Positions 55,502 through 64,000 of a DNA stretch of 64,000 nt are shown here, one piece after another. Positions within the stretch are counted from its first letter, which is position 1; the number at the start of each line of letters is the position of its first letter. The DNA lies in the NCBI GenBank assembly GCA_963768305.1, contig CAVYHE010000009.1:32001-96000 (forward strand). The letters run 5' to 3'. The notes beneath the pieces are model-generated. The model did no database searches. It saw only the letters and a program-made list of their open reading frames with translations, and was not told where the DNA came from. This DNA is from an uncultured bacterium (GTDB lineage: Bacteria; Margulisbacteria; WOR-1; CAVSGV01). The position numbers and the translations under genes were made by a program.

Positions 55502-57510
55502 TCTAATTTACTGCCCCAATTTTTAATGTTCAATTTATCCAAAGGAAAGCCTTCCTGGATCAGCATAATAGCCGCTTCCCTGGCTTCCCTGATTATTTCT
55601 TCGTCTTTGATTATATCAGCTACCCGAAAATTAGGCAAACCCCACTGGCGGACGCCGAAAAACTCGCCGGGACCCCGTAATTTCAAGTCAGCTTCGGCAA
55701 TTTTGAACCCGTCAGTGGTCTGAAGCATCGCTTCTATCCTCCCTTTCGACGCAGACGAAAAGGCATTTCCAAATAGAAAACAATATGATCTTTCGGTCCC
55801 CCTGCCTATCCGGCCTCTCAGTTGATGGAGCTGTGACAGACCGAACCGCTCGCATTGCTCTATCAGCATTATCGTGGCATTCGGAACATCGATGCCGACC
55901 TCGATGACCGTTGTCGATACAAGGACATTGATATCTCCCTTAAGGAAACTGGACATGACCTTGTCCTTTTCAGCCGGCTTCAATCGCCCGTGTATCAGTC
56001 CGACCTTATGCTCAGAGAATACTTTTCTAAGTATTTCGACCTCTGTTTCCGCGGCTTTCAGGTCTATCTTTTCCGATTCCTCGACCAACGGACATACCAC
56101 GAATGCCTGCCGGCCGAGCGATATCTGCTCCCTGATAAATCCGTAAAGCTTTGTCCGTTCCTGATCCTTAACATATCTGGTCACGATCTTTGCCCTTCCC
56201 GGCGGCATTTCATCAATGACCGATCTGTCAAGATCACCATACAATGTAAGCGCCAGAGTTCGCGGGATCGGCGTAGCTGTCATAACAAGAAGGTCAATGT
56301 TCAAGCCCTTTTGCCTGAGCTTTGTGCGCTGTTCAACGCCAAACCTGTGCTGTTCATCTATAACAACAAGGCCAAGTCTGCCGAATTTGACTGGTCCTTC
56401 CAGCAGCGCATGCGTTCCAACGATCATCAATGGTTTGCCGGCATCGAGGTCGTTAAAAATATCTTTTCTCGAGTTTTTCGTTGACCCTGTCAGAAGGCAG
56501 ACCCGAATGCCGATGTCATCAACAAGGCTTTTTATTTTATTGTAATGCTGGTTCGCAAGTATTTCCGTCGGCGCCATTATGGCCGCCTGATATCCGCTCT
56601 GGACCGCAGCGACCATGGCATAAAGCGCGACAACTGTTTTCCCGCATCCGACATCGCCCTGCAACATACGGTTCATCACCCTTCTTGATCTCATGTCCGC
56701 TAAAATATCGTCCAATGCTTTTTGCTGGGCATTTGTGAACATGAAAGGAAGGCCGCTCTTGAATTGACCGGTCAGCTTGCCTTCAATATCAAATGGCGTG
56801 CCGACATTTTCATCGATCTTTTTCCTGTTATAAAGAAGCCCCGCCTGGAACGAGAGAAGCTCATCGAATGCGAGCCGGCGCCTGGCTGCCGGCACTTTAT
56901 CCGGCTCAGACGGGAAATGGAGCGTTACTATCGATTCTTTGAGCGGAGCAAGGTTGAATTTTTTCATGATGGTTTCAGGCAAAGGATCACAGATCAACTG
57001 GAGCGTCTTTTCAAAAGCGCTCTTGATGATGCGGCGCAGCATCTTCTGCGTGATGCCTTCCGTAAGCCCGTATTTCGGCACTATCAGATCTGATTTATTC
57101 TGGTCGTTCACGATGTCAAACGCGCGTGGGACGAAATTCACCTCGCCGGAATACGGCTGCCTCTCCAGCTTCCCCGAAACGAAAATGACCGTTCCGGGTT
57201 TAAGCGTATTCGCCAGGTACGGCTGGTTGAACCAGATGATCCTGACCGGACCGCTTTCATCCTTTGCCGTTGCCTTCACGATGGAAAAGTTCCTTTTTGT
57301 GCGCGAGCCGGAGATCTTTGTTATTTCGACCTTGATGATGGCATCCTGGCCCTGGGCAAGCTTGGCGACCGGCGTCGGGAAACGCCTGTCCTCGTATTCG
57401 CGGGGGAAGTAATAGATGAGGTCTTCTGCCGTCTCAACTTCTAATTTTGAGAGGATCGAGGCTATTTTTGGCCCAACGCCTTTCAGGTATCTTACCTGGG
57501 TTTGCTGCAT
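55498..57510 (-). CDS. recG: ATP-dependent DNA helicase RecG
   Basis: QGDVGCGKT, DEQHRFG, TATPIPRT, QLRGRIGR, DLKLRGPG. Confidence 0.97.
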   Translation of the reverse strand: MQQTQVRYLKGVGPKIASILSKLEVETAEDLIYYFPREYEDRRFPTPVAKLAQGQDAIIKVEITKISGSRTKRNFSIVKATAKDESGPVRIIWFNQPYLANTLKPGTVIFVSGKLERQPYSGEVNFVPRAFDIVNDQNKSDLIVPKYGLTEGITQKMLRRIIKSAFEKTLQLICDPLPETIMKKFNLAPLKESIVTLHFPSEPDKVPAARRRLAFDELLSFQAGLLYNRKKIDENVGTPFDIEGKLTGQFKSGLPFMFTNAQQKALDDILADMRSRRVMNRMLQGDVGCGKTVVALYAMVAAVQSGYQAAIMAPTEILANQHYNKIKSLVDDIGIRVCLLTGSTKNSRKDIFNDLDAGKPLMIVGTHALLEGPVKFGRLGLVVIDEQHRFGVEQRTKLRQKGLNIDLLVMTATPIPRTLALTLYGDLDRSVIDEMPPGRAKIVTRYVKDQERTKLYGFIREQISLGRQAFVVCPLVEESEKIDLKAAETEVEILRKVFSEHKVGLIHGRLKPAEKDKVMSSFLKGDINVLVSTTVIEVGIDVPNATIMLIEQCERFGLSQLHQLRGRIGRGTERSYCFLFGNAFSSASKGRIEAMLQTTDGFKIAEADLKLRGPGEFFGVRQWGLPNFRVADIIKDEEIIREAREAAIMLIQEGFPLDKLNIKNWGSKLE

Positions 57511-57517
57511 ATCCGTT

Positions 57518-57526
57518 ATTTTATCA
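57518..57526 (-). promoter_or_regulatory. Extended -10 promoter, leaderless recG candidate
   Basis: TGaTAAAAT, 7 nt, then ATG; no SD. Confidence 0.6.
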
Positions 57527-57557
57527 TGAAGTTCACGCTTTTTTCTCGGATATAAGT

Positions 57558-57584
57558 GAAATTTATCCTGAAAAATATCGATAA
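57558..57584 (+). promoter_or_regulatory. Sigma-28-like promoter
   Basis: GAAA-N15-ATCGATAA upstream of the orphan ORF. Confidence 0.4.
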
Positions 57585-57657
57585 TTATATAGAGAGGGGT
57601 TTATCTGGCAGATCAAGCCCTTGCGGAGAATAAAGGGATTGGGGAGGATCTTTTATA

Positions 57658-58596
57658 ATGGAATTGAAATTTGATCATTTTATTAAGAAGGCTTTCAAGG
57701 CATCGGGAGTGCCCAGGCGCGGGAATATGGGCATTGACGCTGCCAATAACGTGATCAGCCGGCTAAGCAACTATTACTCTTTAGGGAATAGGGACGAGCA
57801 ACTGATCGATAAACTTGCGAACCTAAATCATGACGGCGGCTTATTGTTGCTATCAGAAGAACTTCCGAACAAGATCATAGGAAAAAACTTCGATAATTAT
57901 GAATGCAATTTATTGGGCTCATTAAGCTCAAACGAAGCCGTTTCCCTGTTCTTCCAATTTGGGCGGTATTCGAACCGCGCCAGGAATATGTGGCACAGTT
58001 ATTATCATTACAATAACGATAAGAATCATGTTGAAGCTGTTAAACTCCTGGATGCCTTGGCCAACATAGACATTAAATTACTGAAAAGCGCGTTCCTGGG
58101 GCATTTGGGGGGGCGTCTTGGAGCGGGGAAAATAAAAGGATCTTTAGTAAAAAACATTTTCGACGTCAGCAGGGAACACAGATTAAACCTCCCCATATCG
58201 CTCGTTGCGCTTAACAGCCCGTTGATCATGCATGTTGTAAAAGACCTAGACCTTGAAACAATCACCGATCTGTTCATTAAAGGTTTTATCGAACGGGAGG
58301 AATATGACGACTTTGAAATATCATCCGTCAGGTATATGTTGAGATCGCTTGGGAACAAGAAAGCATTTGATCTTTTCACGCATCTCGTGATAAATAATGT
58401 CATTGAAACGTCCGAAGGACTGGCCAAACTCTTATCTGACGCAGCTGCAGCGATAAGCGCGAAAGAAGGACATGTCCCGGATAAGATCATAAGCTCTATC
58501 AAGCAAAGCATTAAAATAACCAAAGAGAAACGTGTCGAACTAAAAGCTCATCACTCAATGCTTTGGCATTTATTGCGCGGGCGGGATACAAAATAG
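57658..58596 (+). CDS. Orphan hypothetical protein (312 aa)
   Basis: Long intact ORF, SD GGAGG, no recognisable motif, visibly AT-richer than neighbours. Confidence 0.7.
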   Translation: MELKFDHFIKKAFKASGVPRRGNMGIDAANNVISRLSNYYSLGNRDEQLIDKLANLNHDGGLLLLSEELPNKIIGKNFDNYECNLLGSLSSNEAVSLFFQFGRYSNRARNMWHSYYHYNNDKNHVEAVKLLDALANIDIKLLKSAFLGHLGGRLGAGKIKGSLVKNIFDVSREHRLNLPISLVALNSPLIMHVVKDLDLETITDLFIKGFIEREEYDDFEISSVRYMLRSLGNKKAFDLFTHLVINNVIETSEGLAKLLSDAAAAISAKEGHVPDKIISSIKQSIKITKEKRVELKAHHSMLWHLLRGRDTK

Positions 58597-58620
58597 CCTT
58601 ATTCCCTGGATATTTCAAGG

Positions 58621-58649
58621 TTGAAAAGAATAATATTTCATGGTAAACT
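58621..58649 (+). promoter_or_regulatory. Sigma-70-type promoter, leaderless rpmB candidate
   Basis: TTGAAA-17 nt-TAAACT with extended TG; ATG 7 nt after -10; no SD. Confidence 0.65.
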
Positions 58650-58656
58650 GCGCGAT

Positions 58657-58848
58657 ATGAGAATTTGCTTTATCTGCAAGAAAAAGCCGGGTGTGGGACA
58701 CAAGGTAAGCCATTCGAACAGGAAATCAATAAGGCTGTGGCTGCCGAACCTCCAGCGCGTCCGCATAATGGTCGGAAAAAAAGCGAAGCAGGTTTACGTC
58801 TGCACCAAATGCCTGAAAGCAGGAAGAGTAACTAAAGCCCGCGCTTGA
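58657..58848 (+). CDS. rpmB: 50S ribosomal protein L28 (Zn-ribbon form)
   Basis: MRICFIC..PGVGHKVSHSN...WLPNLQ...VCTKCLK. Confidence 0.95.
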   Translation: MRICFICKKKPGVGHKVSHSNRKSIRLWLPNLQRVRIMVGKKAKQVYVCTKCLKAGRVTKARA

Positions 58849-59299
58849 ACCGCTGAGTAGCTATCTCATCAAGGAATTTTATCTCCAATTGTTTCATCAT
58901 TTCTTTGTACTCGTCCAGATTGTGCTCTTTGTTCTTTTCTATGATCTTCCTGTCCTTCATGGATTCGATCAGCTTTGCCCGCTGGCTTTCAAGCTTCTTT
59001 GATGCGTCTATCACTTTTTCTATCTGATCATCAATGTCTTTTTTCAGCACGCCCAGATGAGCGTGCCGCCTCATGACCTTCTCGAATTCCGAGATCGGCC
59101 CTTTTTTTATGATGGACTTAAGCTCGTACTGCCTTTCGGATTTCTCCTCCTCCAATTGTTCTTCCTTCTGCTTTTCCGTATTATATTCCCGCTCTTTTTC
59201 CGCGAATTTCTCTTTTTCCTTCCGCTCTTTTATCCCCCTCACCCTCAGGACGGTCTCAAGAGGATATTTGAATCTCCCGGGCTGCTGCTCGCGAGCCAT
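58832..59299 (-). CDS. fliJ: Export stalk protein FliJ
   Basis: FKYPLETVL..R, coiled coil, E.K.LDEIA; follows fliI. Confidence 0.85.
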   Translation of the reverse strand: MAREQQPGRFKYPLETVLRVRGIKERKEKEKFAEKEREYNTEKQKEEQLEEEKSERQYELKSIIKKGPISEFEKVMRRHAHLGVLKKDIDDQIEKVIDASKKLESQRAKLIESMKDRKIIEKNKEHNLDEYKEMMKQLEIKFLDEIATQRFKRGL

Positions 59300-59321
59300 A
59301 ACTGCTCCTTCTTCCTAATTA

Positions 59322-60635
59322 TCAGTAAAAAATACTGAGCAAACGCTCAATCGTTTCTTCGTAGTCGCATTGCTCGAATGTCCCCTGCTTCAGGAATTCA
59401 TTCACTTCATCTATCTTGCTTATCGCGTAGTCGATCTTGGGATTGCTGCCTTTAACGTAAGCACCGATATTGATAAGGTCTTCCGCCTCCGCGTATCTCG
59501 CAAGAACCTCTCTTAATTTTGCCGCGGCCTCCTTGTGCTCATCGGAAACAAGGTTCGTCATGAGCCTGCTCACGGATTGCGGAACATTAATGGATGGATA
59601 ATGGTTCTTTGCGGCCAGGTCCCTGGAAAGGATGATGTGGCCGTCAAGGATGCTTCTGGATTGATCGGCTATGGGTTCGTTGAAATCGTCGCCTTCAACA
59701 AGGATGGTATAAAAAGCGGTGATCGATCCTACTTCTGCGGTACCTGATCTTTCCATTAATCTTGGAAGCAAGGCGAATACTGACGGGGTATATCCTCTGG
59801 TGGTAGGCGGCTCTCCGGTGGCAAGACCTATCTCCCTCTGCGCCATTGCAAATCGGGTGATGGAATCCATCATAAGGACGACCTTCATGTTCTTGTTCCT
59901 GAAATATTCCGCGATGGCGGTCCCGACAAAAGCGCCTTTCAACCTGATCAACGGAGGCTGGTCGGATGTTGCAACAACAACAACCGACTTCTTCATTCCT
60001 TCCTCTCCGAGCGATTCTTCGATAAAATCCCTGACCTCTCTTCCGCGCTCCCCGATAAGCGATATCACGTTCACGTCGGCTTCCGCATTCCTCGCTATCA
60101 TGCCCATGAGCGTGCTTTTACCGACTCCTGACCCGGAAAATATACCCAAACGCTGGCCTCTTCCGCAAGTGAGAAGCCCGTCTATCGCCCGTATCCCCAC
60201 TTTCAGCACCTCTGTAACGCGGGGTCTTTTTACAGGATCCGGCGGCTCTGCGTCAAGATAATGCTCGGCCTCAAATTCGATCGGCCCTTTGTCATCGATC
60301 GGCTCACCCAATCCTCCGAGTATTCTTCCTAAAAGCTTTGGGCCAACTTTTACTTTTAGCGGATGGCCGGACGCAAAAACCTGCGTCCCGGGAGATATCC
60401 CTGAAGTCGTGCCAAGCGGCATCAGCAGAACCCTTCCTTCCCTGAAACCTACTACTTCGGCAAAAGATTCATTGTCCGCCTTGCCCATTTTGAGGGTGCA
60501 AAGGTCCCCGATGGAAACTCCCTGTACCTGGGCCTCAATGATGAGGCCGACGACCTGTATGACCTTTCCTATGACCTTGACAAGATCGGTGTTTTCAACT
60601 GCTTTGTGGTATTTTTCAAAATCAATTGCGGTCAT
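59322..60635 (-). CDS. fliI: Flagellar/T3SS export ATPase FliI
   Basis: GSGVGKS, LIGERGREV, MDSITRFAMAQRE, ERSG, ILDGHI. Confidence 0.96.
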   Translation of the reverse strand: MTAIDFEKYHKAVENTDLVKVIGKVIQVVGLIIEAQVQGVSIGDLCTLKMGKADNESFAEVVGFREGRVLLMPLGTTSGISPGTQVFASGHPLKVKVGPKLLGRILGGLGEPIDDKGPIEFEAEHYLDAEPPDPVKRPRVTEVLKVGIRAIDGLLTCGRGQRLGIFSGSGVGKSTLMGMIARNAEADVNVISLIGERGREVRDFIEESLGEEGMKKSVVVVATSDQPPLIRLKGAFVGTAIAEYFRNKNMKVVLMMDSITRFAMAQREIGLATGEPPTTRGYTPSVFALLPRLMERSGTAEVGSITAFYTILVEGDDFNEPIADQSRSILDGHIILSRDLAAKNHYPSINVPQSVSRLMTNLVSDEHKEAAAKLREVLARYAEAEDLINIGAYVKGSNPKIDYAISKIDEVNEFLKQGTFEQCDYEETIERLLSIFY

Positions 60636-60640
60636 TTATA

Positions 60641-61372
60641 CTACTTGCCTGTTCCACCGTTCGAGGATATTTTGCGGAATGCTTCTTCTATCGCAGCGAT
60701 CTTCGTGGAGATCCTGGCGTCCACATATCCAAGGTTCGTTTCTACTACGCATCCCCCCGGCTCAACGCTGGCATCCTCCACAATCGAAAGGCTTTTGATC
60801 CCGTCGACAATGTTCCCTATCCTGTCCTTATATTTTTTTACGTTCTCCAGGTCTTCTCTGTTCACCTTTATGATGACCTGCTCTCTGTCGCTGACCCTGC
60901 TTATAGCGTCAGAAACAATGTTCAGCGAAACGTCCCTATGAAGGGATACTTCGGATTTTATGATCTGCTCCGCCACCTTCAGGGAAAGACGAAGTATCTC
61001 GTTCTCCGCGTCTTTGATTATCTTTTTCCTCTCTATAACCGCGTCATTAAGCGTCTGAAGGGCATCTTTCACCTTGTCTGATGCGGATTCCTCGGCTACC
61101 CTTTTTGCTTCCTCCAGTCCTTCCTCTTTTGCCTGCTCCCTTATGCCATCCGCTTCCTCTATCGCTTTTTTCAAAATTCCATCCGCTTCATTTTTTGCGT
61201 AATCAACGAGCTGTTCGCCTTCCAGTCCGATCGTTTCGGTATTTATCGTCTCGGGAAGTTCTATTTCCGAGGTCTCTGCAAGCGGGGACATCTCTTCTTC
61301 AAACTCGGGAACATGCTCTTTTAAATAAACGATACCCTTTTCATTGAGAAGCCTTTTTTTTATGAGCCCCAT
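60641..61372 (-). CDS. fliH: Export stator protein FliH
   Basis: MGLIKK start, AKEEGLEEA, IKVNRED, GGCVVETNLG.VDA. Confidence 0.88.
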   Translation of the reverse strand: MGLIKKRLLNEKGIVYLKEHVPEFEEEMSPLAETSEIELPETINTETIGLEGEQLVDYAKNEADGILKKAIEEADGIREQAKEEGLEEAKRVAEESASDKVKDALQTLNDAVIERKKIIKDAENEILRLSLKVAEQIIKSEVSLHRDVSLNIVSDAISRVSDREQVIIKVNREDLENVKKYKDRIGNIVDGIKSLSIVEDASVEPGGCVVETNLGYVDARISTKIAAIEEAFRKISSNGGTGK

Positions 61373-61887
61373 CAGCTAAGCCTTTCGGAGATGCTTTTCA
61401 GCACTTTCTCCTCGAGTTCCTTTGCCATCGGGACGTCCTTGATGGAGAGAAGCCTTTCTTCTATCAGCTGTTTGTTGTCTTTCACAAGGTTAAGGGTCTC
61501 GTATATCTTTTCCACCGGCAGGTGGGAAAGGACGTATGCCGATATTTCGGGCCTTTCAGGTTCAAGCGCTTTTGCGAGGGCCGCTGATGACGCATTAGTG
61601 ATCATCTCAAGCGGCGTGCCTCCTTCAGCGGGAAGCGCGGGATGGCCTTCAGACGCAGCAGACTCTTCGATCTGCGCCTCGGGAGAGGCTTGCGCATTTG
61701 ACATGTGCTCGTTAAATTCCGTCACCGCCTCCAGCAATTCTTCCTTTGTGGGCGTCCTTAATTTTTCGGACGCGGCCAATATGGAAACGGCCATTTCTTC
61801 GGGAATGTAGCTTAATATCTTCTGGGAAAGCTCATCCCCCAGAAGCGACAGCACGGCGGCGGCCCTGTCGTAACCCTGCAGCATCAT
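61372..61887 (-). CDS. fliG: C-terminally truncated FliG (N and M domains only, 171 aa)
   Basis: GYDRAAAVLSLLG (FliG-N), ERPEISAYVLSHL (EHPQ-type FliG-M motif); between fliF and fliH. Confidence 0.8.
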   Translation of the reverse strand: MMLQGYDRAAAVLSLLGDELSQKILSYIPEEMAVSILAASEKLRTPTKEELLEAVTEFNEHMSNAQASPEAQIEESAASEGHPALPAEGGTPLEMITNASSAALAKALEPERPEISAYVLSHLPVEKIYETLNLVKDNKQLIEERLLSIKDVPMAKELEEKVLKSISERLS

Positions 61888-63293
61888 GTTCCCTCCCCTA
61901 ACCATGATCTTATGATGTCAGCCGCGAATTTCGGATTCCTGGATGCCAGATCTTTCATTTGATCGACTATCGGGATCTCTTCTTCCCTTCCCTCCAGTAT
62001 CGGCTCCGCTTGTACCTCCGGCAGCTCCTCTTTTTCCCTTACTCCTGCTTGCCCGCCTTTCGGTTGGCGAGGCCGTGAGGCGGAGCCGAACATACCGAAC
62101 ATCGAAAACACGGCTAAAATGAAAATCACGACAATGGCAACTGCGGATTCTCTCCCGTATTTGCGGTAAATATTCTTGATGCTCGACAAGGAGAAAGCGT
62201 TAAGCTTGATCCCGCCGACCAGGCTGGAGGCAGTGGGGGCGCCGGCAGACCTGAAAGGAACGCTTTTGACTATTATCCTGTCTCCCCTGTCCTTATCATA
62301 ACCGACGACAGCGGAGATCGTTTCAAACGTCGCCTTTTTGACAGAAGGATTCATTTTGAAGGTCTTATCAACAAGTATGATGACCGTAGTCTTCCTTGTC
62401 TGGATAGAGTCGACATTTACTCTGGCGATGGTGACGTTCGGCGGATATATCTTATTTAGCAAAGCCTGGACCTTGTTCGTGAGCATGTTCTCCAGGTCAA
62501 GTTTTGCCTGGATCCCCAAAGCCGCTTTTTCTTCGCCCTTCTCAATGACCACTTCAGGGCTTTCCACGGCAACAGGCGCGGCCGTGATCTCCTGTTTTTC
62601 AGCAGGTGCATTCCCGAAACCGGTCAACATATTGCCGTTCGTGTCGACAATGACTATGTTGCCAGGCTTCAGATTTTCAACGCTTCTGGAAACAAGGTAC
62701 ATAATGCTGTTGACCTGCCTCTGATTCAGCGTCTCCCCGTCTCTCAATTTAAGAAGAACGGAAGCTGTCGCCGGCGCCTGTGAGACCTCGAACAACTTTG
62801 TTTCGGGGATCACTATCTGGACCCTTGCATCATCGACGGCGCTTAACCTGTCGATGGTCCTTGCGAGTTCACCTGATATCGCGCGTATGAACTGGATGCG
62901 CCTGTCAAAGTCAGTAGCACCAAGCTTTGACTGGTCGAATATTTCCCATCCCACTGTTCCGCCGGCCGGAAGGCTTTTTTCTGCAAGCCCAAGCCTTGCC
63001 TCATCGGCTCTGCCCCTTGGCACAGCTATGGACCGCCCTTCGTCCCTTATCTGATACGAGATCTTCAATTCTTTCAGCCTGGTAATGACGGATGCCGCAT
63101 CTTTCAGGTCCATGTTCGAATAAATGACGACATTCTCGGGAAGTTTGGTTTTTTCAACTCCCTGATCGGGCATTAATTTCGGGAATGACCTGAGGCCGAT
63201 GATAAAAAGAGTGAAAAAGACGACTATGATGACAGTAGCTATTATTATTATCTGCCTTCCGCCCGCCGGAGCCGGCGTTAAATCTTCTGCCAT
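61884..63293 (-). CDS. fliF: MS-ring protein FliF with short RBM3
   Basis: TM1, GWEIFD..KLGATDF, GELARTI, ARVQIVIP, VGYDKDRGD, TM2, NPKFAADIIRSWL. Confidence 0.9.
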   Translation of the reverse strand: MAEDLTPAPAGGRQIIIIATVIIVVFFTLFIIGLRSFPKLMPDQGVEKTKLPENVVIYSNMDLKDAASVITRLKELKISYQIRDEGRSIAVPRGRADEARLGLAEKSLPAGGTVGWEIFDQSKLGATDFDRRIQFIRAISGELARTIDRLSAVDDARVQIVIPETKLFEVSQAPATASVLLKLRDGETLNQRQVNSIMYLVSRSVENLKPGNIVIVDTNGNMLTGFGNAPAEKQEITAAPVAVESPEVVIEKGEEKAALGIQAKLDLENMLTNKVQALLNKIYPPNVTIARVNVDSIQTRKTTVIILVDKTFKMNPSVKKATFETISAVVGYDKDRGDRIIVKSVPFRSAGAPTASSLVGGIKLNAFSLSSIKNIYRKYGRESAVAIVVIFILAVFSMFGMFGSASRPRQPKGGQAGVREKEELPEVQAEPILEGREEEIPIVDQMKDLASRNPKFAADIIRSWLGEGT

Positions 63294-63308
63294 TTTACCC
63301 TCTTTCTT

Positions 63309-63335
63309 ATATCGGAGCTATTAAGGAACCGTTAA
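63309..63335 (-). promoter_or_regulatory. Sigma-28-like promoter upstream of fliF
   Basis: TTAA-N15-TCCGATAT versus consensus TAAA-N15-GCCGATA(A/T). Confidence 0.55.
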
Positions 63336-63652
63336 ATAGCTATTTGTGTAACTTCCTTGAAACTGCTTACCGCCGTTGTAATGGTTGTGACCGCAAGCTG
63401 AACGGCAACGTTCATCTTTGAAGTAGCGACCATGACATCGGATAGCTCCACTTTTCCCGCGACATATCCGTCAATGAGTTTATTCGCGTTCCACTCCGAT
63501 GCGGAAACATTGTTCAAGGCATCAACCGCGCGCCCCAGCATCTGGTCAAAGATATTTCCGGCAGGCGCCGGGCCGGCGCTCTTCACGGCCGGTTTATCAA
63601 GCACACCCCCGACCTGAGCCAGGGCAATAGGCGTTATAGGTGGATTGACCAT
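63332..63652 (-). CDS. fliE: Basal-body protein FliE
   Basis: FDQML..AV...N, G.VELSDVMVA..K, FKEVTQIAI. Confidence 0.85.
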   Translation of the reverse strand: MVNPPITPIALAQVGGVLDKPAVKSAGPAPAGNIFDQMLGRAVDALNNVSASEWNANKLIDGYVAGKVELSDVMVATSKMNVAVQLAVTTITTAVSSFKEVTQIAI

Positions 63653-63670
63653 TTAAGACCGCCTCCTTTT

Positions 63671-64000
63671 TTATTGTATGGACAAAGTATCTGTGGCCAT
63701 TTTTTTTGTCGCGTTGAACGCTGTTATGTTCGCCTCATAGACTTTCTCCACATACACCATGTCCACCATCTCTTTCGCCATAGAAACATTTGGCAAAGAA
63801 ACGTATCCCTGGCTGTCTGCGTCCGGGTGCCCAGGGTTGTACACTTTTTGGAACGGGGTCGGATCTTCCACGATATCTTTTATTTCTATGCCGCCGGGCA
63901 TTTTTTTCTGAGCGGCGGATAACGCATCGGAGAACTCCAGGGGCTTTTCTTCGAAAACAGGGATCTTCCTGCGATAAGGCCCTCCCTGTTCCGTCCTGGT
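63671..64000 (-). CDS. flgC: Rod protein FlgC (5' end off window)
   Basis: TRTEQGGPYRRK, YNPGHPDAD..GYV.LPNV...EMVDM, YEANI. Confidence 0.93.
   Translation of the reverse strand, partial: TRTEQGGPYRRKIPVFEEKPLEFSDALSAAQKKMPGGIEIKDIVEDPTPFQKVYNPGHPDADSQGYVSLPNVSMAKEMVDMVYVEKVYEANITAFNATKKMATDTLSIQ

Noticed and set aside
59322..61372. F/V-type ATP synthase subunits or a canonical injectisome
   Set aside because: flgC, fliE, a two-TM FliF and fliJ context identify flagellar-type export genes

Overview
Bacterial chromosomal window, mostly housekeeping genes. Gene neighbourhoods (lysA-cdaA, an NTP-transferase/phosphohexomutase fusion, DUF4912, GH57 branching enzyme, coaD followed by a Cdv3-like gene) suggest a non-photosynthetic relative of Cyanobacteria such as Saganbacteria/Margulisbacteria; this is inference only. 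Left to right: aroK, tRNA-Arg(CCU), panB, cdaA, lysA, cimA; udg, nitrilase, DUF362, DEDDh exonuclease, pta, pmbA; two orphan or remnant genes; leuA; a glycogen cluster with three GH57 enzymes and no glgC or GH13 genes; a PilX-like gene, mutS, pheTS, a SpoU methyltransferase; a 20 kb Wzx/Wzy glycan locus; rph, coaD, rsmD, recG; an orphan; rpmB; and flgC-fliEFGHIJ. Many genes in the first 30 kb carry indels that look like assembly error. Best candidate for a new system: the flagellar-type export operon. Its FliG lacks the C-terminal torque domain, its FliF lacks the RBM3 beta-collar, and the operon ends at fliJ. A sigma-28-like promoter motif precedes fliF and two orphan genes, suggesting a non-rotating, flagellum-derived secretion system with candidate substrates. 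Second: a poly-Ile uORF overlapping the cimA start, a candidate Ile-sensing translational attenuator.
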